Shown: piece by piece, positions 36,165-47,277 of the stretch
Position numbering within the stretch: the stretch's first letter is position 1
Layout: every line of letters starts with the position of its first letter
NCBI RefSeq assembly: GCF_001194135.2
Contig: NC_068983.1
Span: 63,371,003 to 63,418,279, forward strand
DNA from: Octopus bimaculoides
Taxonomy: Eukaryota
Direction: 5' to 3'
Length of the DNA: 47,277 bases
The notes under the pieces: generated by a model
What the model was told of the DNA's origin: nothing
Databases searched by the model: none
What the model saw: only the letters and a program-made list of their open reading frames with translations
Program-made: the position numbers and the translations under genes

Positions 36165-38610
36165 CATCATCATCATCATCATCGTTTAACATCCGCTTTC
36201 CATGCTAGCATGAGTTGGACGATTTGACTGAAGACTGGTGAACCAGATGGCTACACCAGGCTGTACACGAGAGTGTAGTGGGTGCTTTTACGTGTCACTG
36301 GCATGAAGGCCAGTCAGGCAGTACTGGCAGCAGCTATGCTCAAAATGGTGTATTTTACGGGCTACCTGCACAGGTCCCAGTCCAGCGGCACTGGCAACGA
36401 TCTCACTCGAATGTCTTTTCACGTGCCACCGGCACAGGTGCCAGGAAGGTAACGCTGGTAACGATCACACTCAAATGGTGCTATTTATGTGCCACTGGCA
36501 CAGAAGCTAGACAACTGTTTTGGCAATGATCACACTTGAACGGTGCTCTTAGCGCTCCATTGGTACAAGTGACATCACGATTTCGCTTTCCCCAACAGGT
36601 CTTCACAAGCCGAGTTTAGTGTCCAATGAAGATGTTGGCATGGGTGCCAGTCATCGAATTTAGTTCGATTTTAATTTCACTTGCCTCAACAGGTCTTCAC
36701 AAACGGAGTTTAGTGTCCAATGAAGGAAAGGTACGCATAAGTGGGCTGGCTACATCCCTGGCAGAGGCCTTGGATTTTGGTCCCACTTGGCTTGCCGGGT
36801 CTTCTCACGCACTGCATATTTCCGAAGGTCTCGGTCACAAGTCATTGCCTCGGTGAGGCCTAATGTTCGAAGGTCATGCTTCACCACCTCATCTCAGGTC
36901 TTTCTGGGCCTACCTCTTCCACAGGTTCCCTCAACCGCTAGGGTGTGGAATTTTTGCACACAGCTATCCTCATCCATTCTCGCCACATGACCATACCAGC
37001 ACAATCGTCTCTCTTGCACACCACAACTGATGCTTCTTAGGTTCAACTTTTCTCTCAAGGTACTTACACTCTTGTCAAGCATGCACACTGACATTACACA
37101 TCTATCAGAGCATATTGGTTTCATTCTTTGCAAGCTTATGCATGTCCTCAGCAGTCACGGCCCATGTTTCATGGCTATGTAGCATGGCTGTTCGTACACA
37201 TGCGTCATACAGTCTGTCTTTTACTCTGAGTGAGAGGCCATTTGTCACCAGCAGAGGTAAGAGCTCTCTGAACTTTGCCGAGGCTATTCTTATTCTAGCA
37301 ACTACACTTTCAGCGCACCCTCCCCTACAACTAACTTGGTCACCTAGATAGTGGAAGCTATCGACTCAGTTTAGTTTTTCTTCCTGGTATGTGGCAGTAG
37401 TTGTTTTCTGCACATTTTCAGAGTTTATTGCATCTGAACATCTGCCACATAGAAAAACTAACTTCCTAGTTAACCTTCCTTTGATATTGCTGCACTTCTT
37501 ATGTGTCCATAGCTTCCACTGGATACATCTTATAGAGTTTCTACCTACGCCTTTTCTACAGATCGAGCAGGGCTATCTACCTGAAGGGGTTTGTGTTTTC
37601 TCTACCTTCCTACTTATTAGGACTTTGGTTTTAGCTAGGTTAACTCTAAGGCCCTTCGATTCTAGTCCTTGCTTCCACACCTGAAACTTCTCCTCTAGTT
37701 CTGATAGTGACTCAGCAATTAGTGCAAGGTCATCAGCATAGAGGTGCTCCCAGGGGCATCCTGTCTTGAAATTCTCTGTTATCGCCTGGAGGACTATGAT
37801 AAATAGGAGGGAGCTGAGGACTGAACCTTGGTGGACCCCTACCTCTAACCGGAATTCTTCACTGTACTCATTGCCAACTCTCATCTTACTGACAGCGTCT
37901 CTGTACATGGCTCACACAGCTCTCACTAACCATTCTTCTATCCCTAGTTGCTCATTGACCACCAGATAAGGGATTGGGAGAACCTGTCAAAGGCTTTCTC
38001 CATGTCAACAAAAGCCAGGTACAGTGGTTTATCTTTAGCTAGGTATTTCTCCTGCAGCTGTCTTACCAGAAATATAGCATCAGTGGTGCATTTCCCTAGC
38101 ACGAACCCAAACTGCATCTCATCTAAACTGACTCTCTCCCTAATTAGTTGGGCTATGACCCTCTCCATGACTTTCATTACCTGATCTAACAACTTGATAC
38201 CTCTGTAATTATTTGTATCTAAAGCGTCACCTTTACTTTTGTAGCAGTTGACTATGGTGCTGCTACACTAGTCATTGCGTATGACTCCTTCGTGTATTAC
38301 CTAGTTAACAACACGGGTGACTAGGGTATAGCCGACACTGCCAGATATTTTGAGCATCTCTGCAGTGATTCCTGATGGGCTGGGGGCTTTCCCTGTCTTC
38401 ATACTCTTAGTTGCTTTATCTACCATGGTACTGTCAACTCGGATAGCTGGTCCCTCTGTTGGGTCAACATTCGGCAGACTCTCTTTCTCCCATTCATACT
38501 CTTTATTGAGCAATCTTTCGTAGTGGCGTCTCCAAACCTCTTTCTTTGCAGCCTCGATTAGTGTAAGTGTACCATCATCCATGCGAACATATTTCTCTCC
38601 CATGACATCA
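36165..38610 (-). mobile_element. RTE-clade LINE, 5'-truncated: RT, C-terminus, 3' UTR and (GAT)n tail
   Basis: KAPSPSG, NYRGIKLL, YLAFVDMEKAFD, GVHQGSVLSSLLF, HLYADDL, a Cys-rich PCSICRKGVG insert, FHYLG, RLCWYGHVARM and GRGRPRKT; several stops. Confidence 0.93.
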
Positions 38611-38685
38611 TGATATATATTATATATATAGAGTATATATATATATAGTATATATATATATATATATATATACATACACATATAT

Positions 38686-38733
<48 letters not shown>

Positions 38734-38889
38734 TCACATACATGTATGTTTTTTTCCCAATAACCTACTGAAGGTATCTAGCAAAAGTCATGGACACCAG
38801 CTTTGTTCTTTGAATAAAATACAAAGGAAAAGATTGATTGTCAACTCCAGCACAGACTTAATGTATTGATAAGTATCTTTTATTTTTTA

Positions 38890-39225
38890 TAGTCGTTAGA
38901 CCGTGTTGGGGCACTTTCTTGAAGAATTACAGTCAAATGAATCAACTTCAGAACTTTTTGTTAAATCCTGGTACTCATTCTATCAGCCTTTTTTTACTGA
39001 ACTGCTAAATTATGGTGACATAAACACACCAACACAAGTTGTCTAGCAGTGGACAAACACACACACATATAAAGGGCTTCTTTCAATTTCTAAATCCACC
39101 AACAAAACTTAGGCCTGAGGCTACAGTAGAAAACACTTGCCCAAGCTGCCATGAAGTGAGACTGAACCTGGAATCTTATGGTCAGGAAGCAAATTCCTTA
39201 CCACACAGCCACACCTGCACCTATA
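38890..39225 (-). mobile_element. Full-length but diverged tRNA-headed SINE
   Basis: Minus-strand head gtggctgtgtggtaaggaatttgc...ccaggttcagtctcac, a (GT)n middle and a 3' half shared with 20640-20850. Confidence 0.8.
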
Positions 39226-39656
39226 AGTATATGCATAGTTTTTGTCTTAATCTTATGTAACTTCTCAGAAGTTCAGTATCAAATGTTCATGTTTCTTAAC
39301 GCAGAATCTCAAAACAACTTGCAGAAGCCTCAAATGTAGAAAATTACACTTGAATACTAGCCAACTGCAGAAGTTTTCAAATTTCATAGCATTATGAAAG
39401 TGGTCATATTCTGTAAGCTGAAAAGGAGTTGGCAGCAAATTTGTAGTTTGTCAAAATACATAAAAGGTACAGTCAGATTTCTGGGGGATTTTTCTTTATT
39501 ACACCAGTTTATTCCTACTTATTTCACAAGTTTTACTCTAGCATCTAGATTGATGACATTCCGTGTATATTTCGATGCCATAGATCTGCTATATTGCAGA
39601 GAACTATTTTAATAATATTATACTGAATGCAAAGAAGAAAATAATTATTTACTTAC

Positions 39657-39814
39657 TTCAAAGAATCCACTTAATGTAGCTACACTGAAAAATGGAATTT
39701 TACATGGTCCACTCATTGTACAGATCAAGGAAAAGATATTCTCAAGGCTGTTAGATATAGTATGAACTGTATCCTTTGGTATTCCTGATGCCAAATCAAT
39801 TATCATAGCAGTGG
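39657..39814 (-). CDS. M1AP: M1AP coding exon 2 (158 nt; TAMIIDLASGIPKDTVHTISNSLENIFSLICTMSGPCKIPFFSVATLSGFFE)
   Basis: Acceptor ttttccttctgtag and donor GAA/gtaagt; strong recalled similarity to the human M1AP N-terminal region. Confidence 0.92.
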
Positions 39815-40810
39815 CTACAGAAGGAAAATAGTTATACAGTTTGACCTTAATAGAGCAATGAAAGTTGATTAAATTAATTATAAAATGTGAAAACATAAAA
39901 ATCAAATAAAATATTGTATATGCAAAATTCAAAATATAAAGTTATGGAGTTAATAGTGAAAATAATTTACAAATACAGAAAGAAATAAAATACACAATTT
40001 ATAGCCAACCTTACATGGTATTGATTTCTTTTGACTAAGCTTATGTATAAGTTTTCAGTAAACTAAAAAACTTAAAACAAAAGAAAGGTTAAAAGCATTC
40101 CCTGAAAGAGCTAAACACTTTGTAGAAACAAAATTTTAAATTGTTAAACTTTTATTTAGTTACACTGACATTTTGTTTTAGACAAGTTGCCTTTCTAGGT
40201 AGTATTAGTACTAGTGAATTGATATTTTATTTATTTCACAATACCATCAGATTATCACAGATATCTGTACATGATCAAGTATATTGTCTCTGAGATATAT
40301 GAAGAACTGTATAGCCATATTCATATCTTTGTTAAAACTATTAGTAATGTAAGAGAATTGAAACAGTTATAAATGAGAAGCATGAGCAGATGACAAACTT
40401 GTCTTAAATTCTACTTAATGGTGTTCACTATAAGTATTAAAAATACATTTTGTAATCTCAAACCAGAAACAATATATTACATGGAAGTACAGTTATTTTA
40501 AACTCTGCTGTCTTTAAATTCAAATTCAAATTAACATAATATCAATGAGGTAAACAGAATTTTATCAAACAGATGTTTTGAATAAAAATAAAAAGAACAT
40601 GAAAGCAATAAAAACTAAACATTGACACTTGTTTCAAAAGATATTTGCTTCATATATCAGAATCAATTAGATCATATTTTGCATATGTATTAAAAAAATT
40701 TACAACAAAATTTAATTGAAATGAATTTTTGACAAGTGCTCAAATAGTACAAAGTAAGCAAAATTATTTTTTTATCCTAAATTTCACTAGAAAGATAGAA
40801 AACTGATTAC

Positions 40811-40889
40811 CAGGATGCTGCCGAAATACTAATGAACTAAGGGTGTTACCCTTCGAACTATTTGGTTGCTTACAGTTGCTTGACTGCAT
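40811..40889 (-). CDS. M1AP: M1AP first coding exon (MQSSNCKQPNSSKGNTLSSLVFRQHP+G); alternative in-frame ATG at 40910
   Basis: Acceptor tttttcatctttacag precedes 40931. An in-frame TGA sits at the exon start. ATG at 40889 is in an AAA-ATG context. Donor G/gtaatc at 40810 is phase 1, joining CC of the next exon to give Ala. Confidence 0.8.
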
Positions 40890-41633
40890 TTTAAAGTTTT
40901 CTCTTTTCATCAGGATAATTGACAAATTTCACTGTAAAGATGAAAAATGTGAATTTCTTCAATTGATTTTTTTTAAATGTAGAAAATAATTTCACAGCTT
41001 ATTTCAATTAATAGCATTCTAAGGATGAAAATTACACTTCAGGCACTTTTCATGAAATAAAATTGTTACAGAAAATGATCAAGTGTTATTTAAATAGTGA
41101 TTTTAATAATGAATGAATTCTTTTTAGAAATGACATCAAAAAGTACAAAATTAGCCTGTAATTATTGTTGCTAGCAAGAAAGGCATCTTATTAAATTTTC
41201 AGCAAACATTTGTACACCACTAAAACATGGATTGTATATACATCCATTTCATTTAGAGTAGCATTAAAAACATAGGTGTCATTGTGCTGGTAGTGGTATA
41301 GTTAGACTGTTGATATGTATGGATAGTGACATGTATTTAATTTCAAATGAACAAATTAAGTAGATATCTAAGTAGTTGATGAAATAAAGATTTAGGTACT
41401 AGAAGCAAAGAAGAATCTTGAGAGAAGGTAAAAAACTCATTAATTACAATATTTAATTTGCAACAGACAGAAAAGTAAATAATTTCACAAACCAAGTGAA
41501 TGTCTATACACCCAACTCAGTTATAGATATACAAAAAAGCAGCAAGGCTGCGGCTGGAATGCTTTTGGTCATAGACTTGTTCTATAAGGACTGACTGGGC
41601 AGTAAACTACAATGTATCAGTGTCTCTACTGTA

Positions 41634-42260
41634 TGAGGGTTAGCTGAAAAGATTATGAGCTTAACAAGATACTCTCATGGAATGTAACCAAATGAGGTTT
41701 ATTTTTCAACATAGTCCCCCTTGCACTTCACACACTTCTTTTATCAGTGTTGCAAAGTTTGGATCCTATTGGTGAAGAATATTTCATCTCATTAAAATAT
41801 GATGTCATCATCACTGTGATACTGGTTCTCAGCCAAAAATTTCTTCATGTTGGGGAACAGATGATAGTCAGATGGGGGCCAAATCAGGAGAACAAGAAAG
41901 GTGATCAACCATTTCAAAGCCACAGTCATGTACCACAGCCACTGAAATCAAGGATTTGTGTACTGAAGCACTGTCCTGATGAAACAAGAAACCTTTCATC
42001 AGTTTTCCTGAGCATTTGATCGTGACAGTTTTCATAACTGCCTCAGAAAGTCAGCATCGTACTCTCTTTTAATGGTGTAGATCCTTTGAAGATAGTCAAT
42101 AAACATAATGCTTTTCGCATTCCAAAAAACTTTGGAGCAGATGAGGACAGGTGTTTCTTTGTCTCTGGTTCAAAGTGATGAAACCAACACTCATCCTGGC
42201 TTAAGAAATGTTAAAAAAATCCCAGCTCAATCTGCCTCAAACAAAGTCAAATTTTAAAAA
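41634..42260 (-). mobile_element. Mariner (DD34D) transposon, 3' half with one TIR
   Basis: TA followed by tgagggttagctgaaaag TIR; QDECWFHHFEPETK; LFHQDSASVH...SPDLAPSDYHLFP with 34 residues between the two D residues; KKCVKCKGDYVEK* C-terminus. Confidence 0.9.
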
Positions 42261-42399
42261 TACATATTACTTCCAGTAACACATGTGCAATAAATATACA
42301 ATAACTGGCCAAAGAGAAGTGTTCATGACCAGACTACAGTTTTTGTGCATTGTGTAGATTCTGATGATATAAGAATTTGTTGTGAAGCTATTTTTACAA

Positions 42400-42855
42400 G
42401 GGTAGTGAGAGGAGTTTCAGAAAATTTATATGAATCACCTTCGTTTTCTAATAACCATCAGTAAAATGAGTATTTTTTCATGAAATTTTCTACAAATAGC
42501 TTTCAGAGTGTGTAAATTATGATTATATCAGAATTTAAATTGAAAAAGAATTAGTGAAACAGTACACATACATACTGATACACATCACATGTATCTGCAA
42601 AATGAAACTTGAAATTTTGAAAAAATTTGTAATGAGTTAGTATGTACGTGTGCATGCTCACTATTTTTTTTTCACATGAAATTCTTATATATTCATACTT
42701 TACACACTCTGAACAAATTCCAATATAATTACAAGCTACACCAACTAAAGCGTAGTTGTAGAAATTTTCATTTCAAAATACCCATTTTTCCTTAAGTTAT
42801 GAGGAAACAAAGCCAACATGTGAATTTTCTGAAAATCCTCACCCTACTCTCACGA
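42400..42855. mobile_element. Old MITE-like element with ~105-bp diverged TIRs
   Basis: 42403-42500 (gagtttcagaaaatt...aaaatgagtattttttcatgaaattttctacaa) aligns with the reverse complement of 42750-42852. Confidence 0.7.
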
Positions 42856-42899
42856 AAAATAGATTTTCACATTGCAAAGACCTTTACAATCATGAACTT

Positions 42900-44150
42900 A
42901 AACATAGCATCAACATCCTGAATAATTACAAGAGCAACAACAGAGAACTTGGGGATACTCCAATTCTACCAGGAGGAAGTTGAAGAGGCAAAACATAAGC
43001 TCAAAGACAGTAAATCCCCAGGAGTAGATCAAAACTCCTAAAACATGGAGAGCCAAAGCTTGTCAAGGCACTAACAGTTACCTGTCAGTATGAGGAGATG
43101 AAATAGTGGCTAAAGGAGTGGATCCATTTAATAATGATACCCATTCCCAAGAAAGACAATGTTCTAACAGAATTATAGAACAATCAGCTTAATTAGCCAT
43201 CACAGCATGGTTTAGCTGAACAGACTTAAGGGGAAAGCATAAGAAATCCTAGTAGAAATACAGGCCAGATTTAAGCCCAAAAAGAGTATTGTGGAGCAGA
43301 TATTTAAAATCAGACTGCTCAGTGAGAAACATTTGCAGCTTCAGTCTGTCCTCTATCACAACTTCATCAATTTCAAAAAGGCCTTTGGTCGTGTTTGGCA
43401 TAATGGGTTGCAGCAAGTAACAAAGAAGTACATTGACACCAAACTCATCAAAATAATCCAAGCACTGTATGAAAACTTAAACAGTGCATTTCTGAACAAC
43501 ATCAAAGAATTCTTCAGGACCACAGAGTGTGTTCAACAGGGATGTCAGCTCACTCCACTGATTTTCAATATCTTCCTGGAGAACATCATGCAGGAGACAC
43601 TCCAAAATTCCCACCGCTCTGTTTCCACTAGAATATGCCACATTTCCAACCCAAACTTTACCGATGATATTGACTTGTTAGGAAGCAGTGAAGTAGAACG
43701 AAAGGAGCTCATCACCAGACTGGAAAACTATCAGGAACACAGAGGATAGAGATCAGCCCCAAAAAGAGCAAGATCTTGTTTAATTGTAACAGCCAGAACA
43801 CAGCAACAAGTATCATGCTGAATTGCAAGAGACTTGATGAAGTGGACACCTTCAGGTACTTAGGATCCACTTTGACAGGATGGCAGATCCCAAAAAGAGA
43901 TAACAACAAAAAGATATATATAATCATCATATGCATGCTGAACAGCAAGATTCAATACGAAATTTATTCTTAATACATTCTAGCAGATGCAAACAAAAAA
44001 AGCTAATTACTGTTGTGTTCGTCACAGAAGAACAGTTTCTCCTTTACAATGGCTGTGTTCATAACACATTTAATTCACTACTACAAGGGATTCTGGGACA
44101 CCAGCGTTTCAAAATGTTGTGCTGTCAATCAAAAGGAACTGGACCAATGA
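42900..44150 (+). pseudogene. RTE (BovB-like) RT fragment, heavily degraded
   Basis: KSPGVD, IIPIPKK, NYRTISLISH, QARFKPKKS, NFINFKKAFGRVWH, GCQLTPLIFNIFLE, FTDDIDL and FRYLGS. Confidence 0.85.
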
Positions 44151-44716
44151 ATCTGACAAAAGCTGATGGTTTTGTTTCTAATTTCAATAAAAGAAATTTT
44201 TGCTGATCTGTGATCAGCTGCCAACTGATAATAGATCTTCATATGCATTGAACAGCAAAATACAAAATGAAGATTTGCATATTCATTCTTACTATGTGAA
44301 TATGCTAATCATTGTGGTGTTCATCACAGGTGAATAGCTTCTGCTTCACAAGTGTATTAATAACACACATTTCTTGTCTTCACATATCCTCTGCATTCAA
44401 GTCCTATAACTCACTGAACTTTTTCAGCCAGTTCTTACTCTAGCTACTATGTTTCCAGATCACCCACTACAACAATTAATTAAGTCCCTCTGGTAACAGA
44501 AGCTATCAACTATTTTTAGCAAGCCACCTTGGTATTGGAGGGAGTTTGCTTTACATGTGCACTGGATACTTTCTGTGCTTGAGCAGCTACCACATACAAA
44601 ATTTATATTTCTAGTTAGTCTGCAAGTGATCTTATTGCAACTTTTGTATGGCTATAGTTTACTCCTTGTTCACCACAAAGAATACTTACCTACCTACTAT
44701 TCTTATACATACATAT

Positions 44717-44821
<105 letters not shown>

Positions 44822-45115
44822 GTTAAGGAATGGAGTAGATAACATCTGGGCTACATATGTTTCATAGCGAGCAAAACCTCATTATCATCATTTAACACCC
44901 GCCTTCCATGCTAGCATAGGTGGGTTAAATATCCAAGTGAGGTGTATAGTGCAGACTACTCTTCAGGCCAAGGGTATCTTGATTAAATGAAAGTTTACAT
45001 TGTCGCAAGGAAGTACATTAACACATGGAAGATTCAATCAGAATGTGTAGTAAGAGAGGAGAATATAAATGTAGAGAGAAATAAGGATTAAAAGAAGGAA
45101 AAAAGAAAAAATATA

Positions 45116-45452
45116 AGGCAGTGAGAGGAATGAGGAATTTAAACAAGATCATTTGAGTGGTAGTATTCAATGGGGCTGGTTTGGCCGAATCACAAAAATT
45201 AGCAAGGGGAGTGATATTTGAAAAAAAGATAATGTGGAGGGAAAAGGGTGGCAAAATATTTTTGATTGAGGGGGAGAAAAAGTGCGCATGAAGAAAGCAA
45301 GAGAGAATGAGGAAATTAAGCATGGTCATTTGATCAGTAGTATTCAATAGGGTTGCTTTGGCCAAATCACAGAAATTAGGAAGGGGAGTGGTATTAGAAA
45401 AAAATGATGTCGAAGGAAGAGGGTAGAGAAATATTTTTGGTTTAAGGGGGAG

Positions 45453-45486
<34 letters not shown>

Positions 45487-45520
45487 TATATACAAGAAAG
45501 CAAGAGAGAATGGGGAAGAA
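45116..45520. repeat. Purine-rich ~180-bp diverged tandem duplication (2 copies plus the start of a third), downstream of the Penelope ORF
   Basis: tcatttga...gtagtattcaat...tttggcc.aatcaca.aaattag.aaggggagtg is repeated at ~45148 and ~45325; gaaagcaagagagaatg occurs at 45294 and 45495. Confidence 0.75.
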
Positions 45521-45859
45521 TCATGGCAGCTACTACTAGTTTTCAATTGAGGAATGTATATTGTTCGCAGTGAATGTTTACAGTATGGAGTAGTAGAGGT
45601 GTATGTTGGCATATGTACTTGTAAGTTTATGAAGGGAGTGGGGGTAGAAGGTGGGAGGCAGGTGAAATAAGTGGAAAAATTTTTTTAATGCTAAGGAAAA
45701 ATACAGAGAGAAGCATTTAAATGATAATAAGGAATTAAAAGGAAAATATATTGCTGGTTTAGAATAAAGTGGTAGTGAGGGTAGATAAGAGGAAAAATTT
45801 ATGAAGGTTAGGGGGAAAGGCGGGGCAAGGTTGTTGTTATTTGTATATTGAGAATGGAT

Positions 45860-46760
45860 TTAGTGATCGATGTTTGCAGGTAAAAATTATACTGCTGCAT
45901 TCATTAGCGAATCCATGGATTGCAAAATAGTTAAGACCTCAGCTATGCAGAGATGACACTTGTTATTATAGGTGCTGTATAGGCTGGTGTGGGTGACTAT
46001 GGACCATTTGAGAGCGTAAGGAGTTGAATCAATCTTTAGTTTATTGGTAAAGTGAGATAACAATGTCCTGTTGAACTTCGTTTGGGACTTGAAACTGGAG
46101 TAGTGGTTGCTCACTCTAGCTTTGAAGGTGGTGCTACACGAGCCAATATATATGTAATTATAGTTGGCTGTTGATATTGTACACTTATAAACAATATTTT
46201 TTGTGAGACAGCGGTTATCTAAAGGACAGGAGGTTAGGCGTCTGAAGCTACATAGTTTTGTAGGGGGTACCCCAGGTGAACTTGCAAGGGGATTGCCATT
46301 TAGGCTCGTTATTATAGCTGGCGTTAAGATTAGAATTTGTTAAGATGTTCAGGTAGGTGTCATGGGGATGTATAATATGATAATTATTATGCCTGGTGGT
46401 ATCTTCTGAGTCATTCTCTATTTTTGCAAGAGGTATAATTGGGTGTTGTGGTAAATCAAGGATCAAGTATTAGTAGTGGAATTATAGTTGGAGTTATGAA
46501 AGTTAGTGTTGTTGAGGGATCAGTTAGTGTTTTGGGTTTATATGTATGGTGCTGGGAGCTGAGTTAATTTTTTAGGGTGGAGATTAGCTGGCTGTGGATT
46601 TCTGAGTTTCTTGTTGTTAAGATGTCAGATAACTCCAGCAATGTTGGTGGTGAACAACTTGTATAAGATTCTGAGAATTATGATTTTCTTGCAGTTCGTG
46701 CTGAAGAGGGACAGATATTTTTGGTAAGAAAATATTAATTCCGAAACCGCTCCACGGAAA
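45860..46760 (-). mobile_element. Penelope-like element 3' fragment with GIY-YIG endonuclease
   Basis: CSFRRLTSCPLDNRCLTKNIVYKCTISTANYNYIYIGSCSTTFKARVSNHYSSF...LKWSIV...KCHLCIAEV, with TCKHRS after a frameshift; no RT is visible upstream. Confidence 0.88.
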
Positions 46761-46950
46761 ACAATGTTTTATTTATGTAATTTTCACTGTCTTGCCCGCA
46801 TACGGTTTGGTATTTCGCTGAATTTCTTTTGAGAACTATTAGGTCTTAGTAGACACAACATGTGATCTTCTTCTAGCACATTAAATGTCCACTTAGTGGT
46901 CATCGATATATATAAACATATACACACACACACACATGAGGTTTTTTTGA

Positions 46951-47277
46951 GCGAGATCGTTGCCGGTGCCCCTGGACTGGCTCATGTGTGGGTGACACAT
47001 GAAATCTTTCGAGCGGGATCGTTGCCAGTGCCCCTGGACTGGCTCATGTGCGGGCGACACTTGATATCTTTCGAGCGAGATCGTTGCCAGTGCTCCTGGA
47101 CTGGCTGCGGGTGACACATGAAATGTTTCAAGCGGGATCGTTTGCCAGTGCCCCCGGACTGGCTCATGTGCAGGCGACACATGAAATGTTTCGAGCGGGA
47201 TCGTTGCCAGTGCCCCTGGACTGGCTCATGTGCGGGCGACACATGAAGTCTTTCGAGCGGGATCATTGCCAGTGCCT
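46951..47277. repeat. 62-bp GC/CpG-rich minisatellite, at least 5.3 copies, runs off the window end
   Basis: Units start at 46951, 47013, 47075 (57 bp), 47132 (63 bp), 47195 and 47257; consensus gcgggatcgttgccagtgcccctggactggctcatgtgcgggcgacacatgaaatctttcga. Confidence 0.97.

Larger units (their letters stand above)
15528..40931 (-). other. M1AP: M1AP-like gene span (5' partial): five spliced coding exons; introns of 996, 11668, 2245 and 9786 bp
   Basis: The spliced product MQSSNCKQPNSSKGNTLSSLVFRQHP-ATAMIIDLASG...SLENIFSLICTMSGPCKIPFFSV...GFFE-ILLPMISVRGNFLRIQYCLNELKQM...RQFQQFKNASLQ-LQILFLTNKH...EYLK-HVQVV...ETISIES is colinear with human M1AP as recalled from memory (QQPPRLLIVHI; EALQNFFSLACSLMGPSRMSLFSL; ILPFVQVKGNFARLQTCISELRML; LQQFKQY; LEITILTS; RFQVV). 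All four junctions are GT-AG with matching phases (1,0,0,0). Needs BLASTP confirmation. Confidence 0.9.

Noticed and set aside
37391-38184. Plus-strand ORFs (37391-37684, 37766-37969, 37948-38184) and similar ORFs at 2387-2620, 4715-4951, 24345-24767 and 43249-43461
   Set aside because: They are antisense shadows of RT or transposase coding sequence.
44935-44972. Second Penelope hammerhead on the minus strand (CTGAAGA-GTAG...CTAT)
   Set aside because: The GAAA box is missing (ACAC instead) and there is no complementary stem I. At best an unrecognisable relic.
45018-45524. 168-aa hydrophobic minus-strand ORF
   Set aside because: It is pyrimidine-rich low-complexity sequence plus a tandem duplication in the Penelope 3' region, with no splice or domain evidence.
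46951-47277. CRISPR-like array
   Set aside because: The units are contiguous with no unique spacers, there are no cas genes and the context is eukaryotic.

Overview
This is eukaryotic, AT-rich, repeat-dense genomic DNA. It is most likely from an octopus or other coleoid cephalopod, inferred from recalled SINE/RTE family sequences and not from a database search. There are three N gaps (6021-6030, 6584-7250, 8788-8882). The only host gene I can support is on the minus strand: the 5' part of an M1AP (meiosis 1 arrest protein) orthologue. Five coding exons (40811-40889, 39657-39814, 27806-27988, 25459-25560, 15528-15672) have canonical GT-AG ends and compatible phases and splice into 222 codons plus 1 nt. 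The remaining exons lie left of 15528 or outside the window. Most other recognisable sequence is transposable-element fossils: two Penelope-like elements, a Tc1 (DD34E), two mariners (one DD34D), a Helitron, hAT, RTE, R4/Dong, Tx1/L1 and CR1/L2-type LINE pieces, several SINE families, foldback elements and microsatellites. Most ORFs in the supplied track are microsatellite, N-gap or antisense artefacts. No prokaryotic system or CRISPR array is present. The best novelty candidates are: (1) a tRNA-headed SINE whose tail is a Penelope-type hammerhead ribozyme motif; (2) a type I hammerhead with a palindromic (dimer-type) stem III at 169-228; (3) a homogeneous 62-bp double-hairpin minisatellite related to a tandem unit in an RTE 3' UTR; (4) three unrelated ~210-225 bp foldbacks, one inside a 13-bp direct repeat; (5) a ~540-bp unclassified element found only inside ATT-type microsatellites. 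Most TE boundaries are approximate, and all alignments were done by eye.
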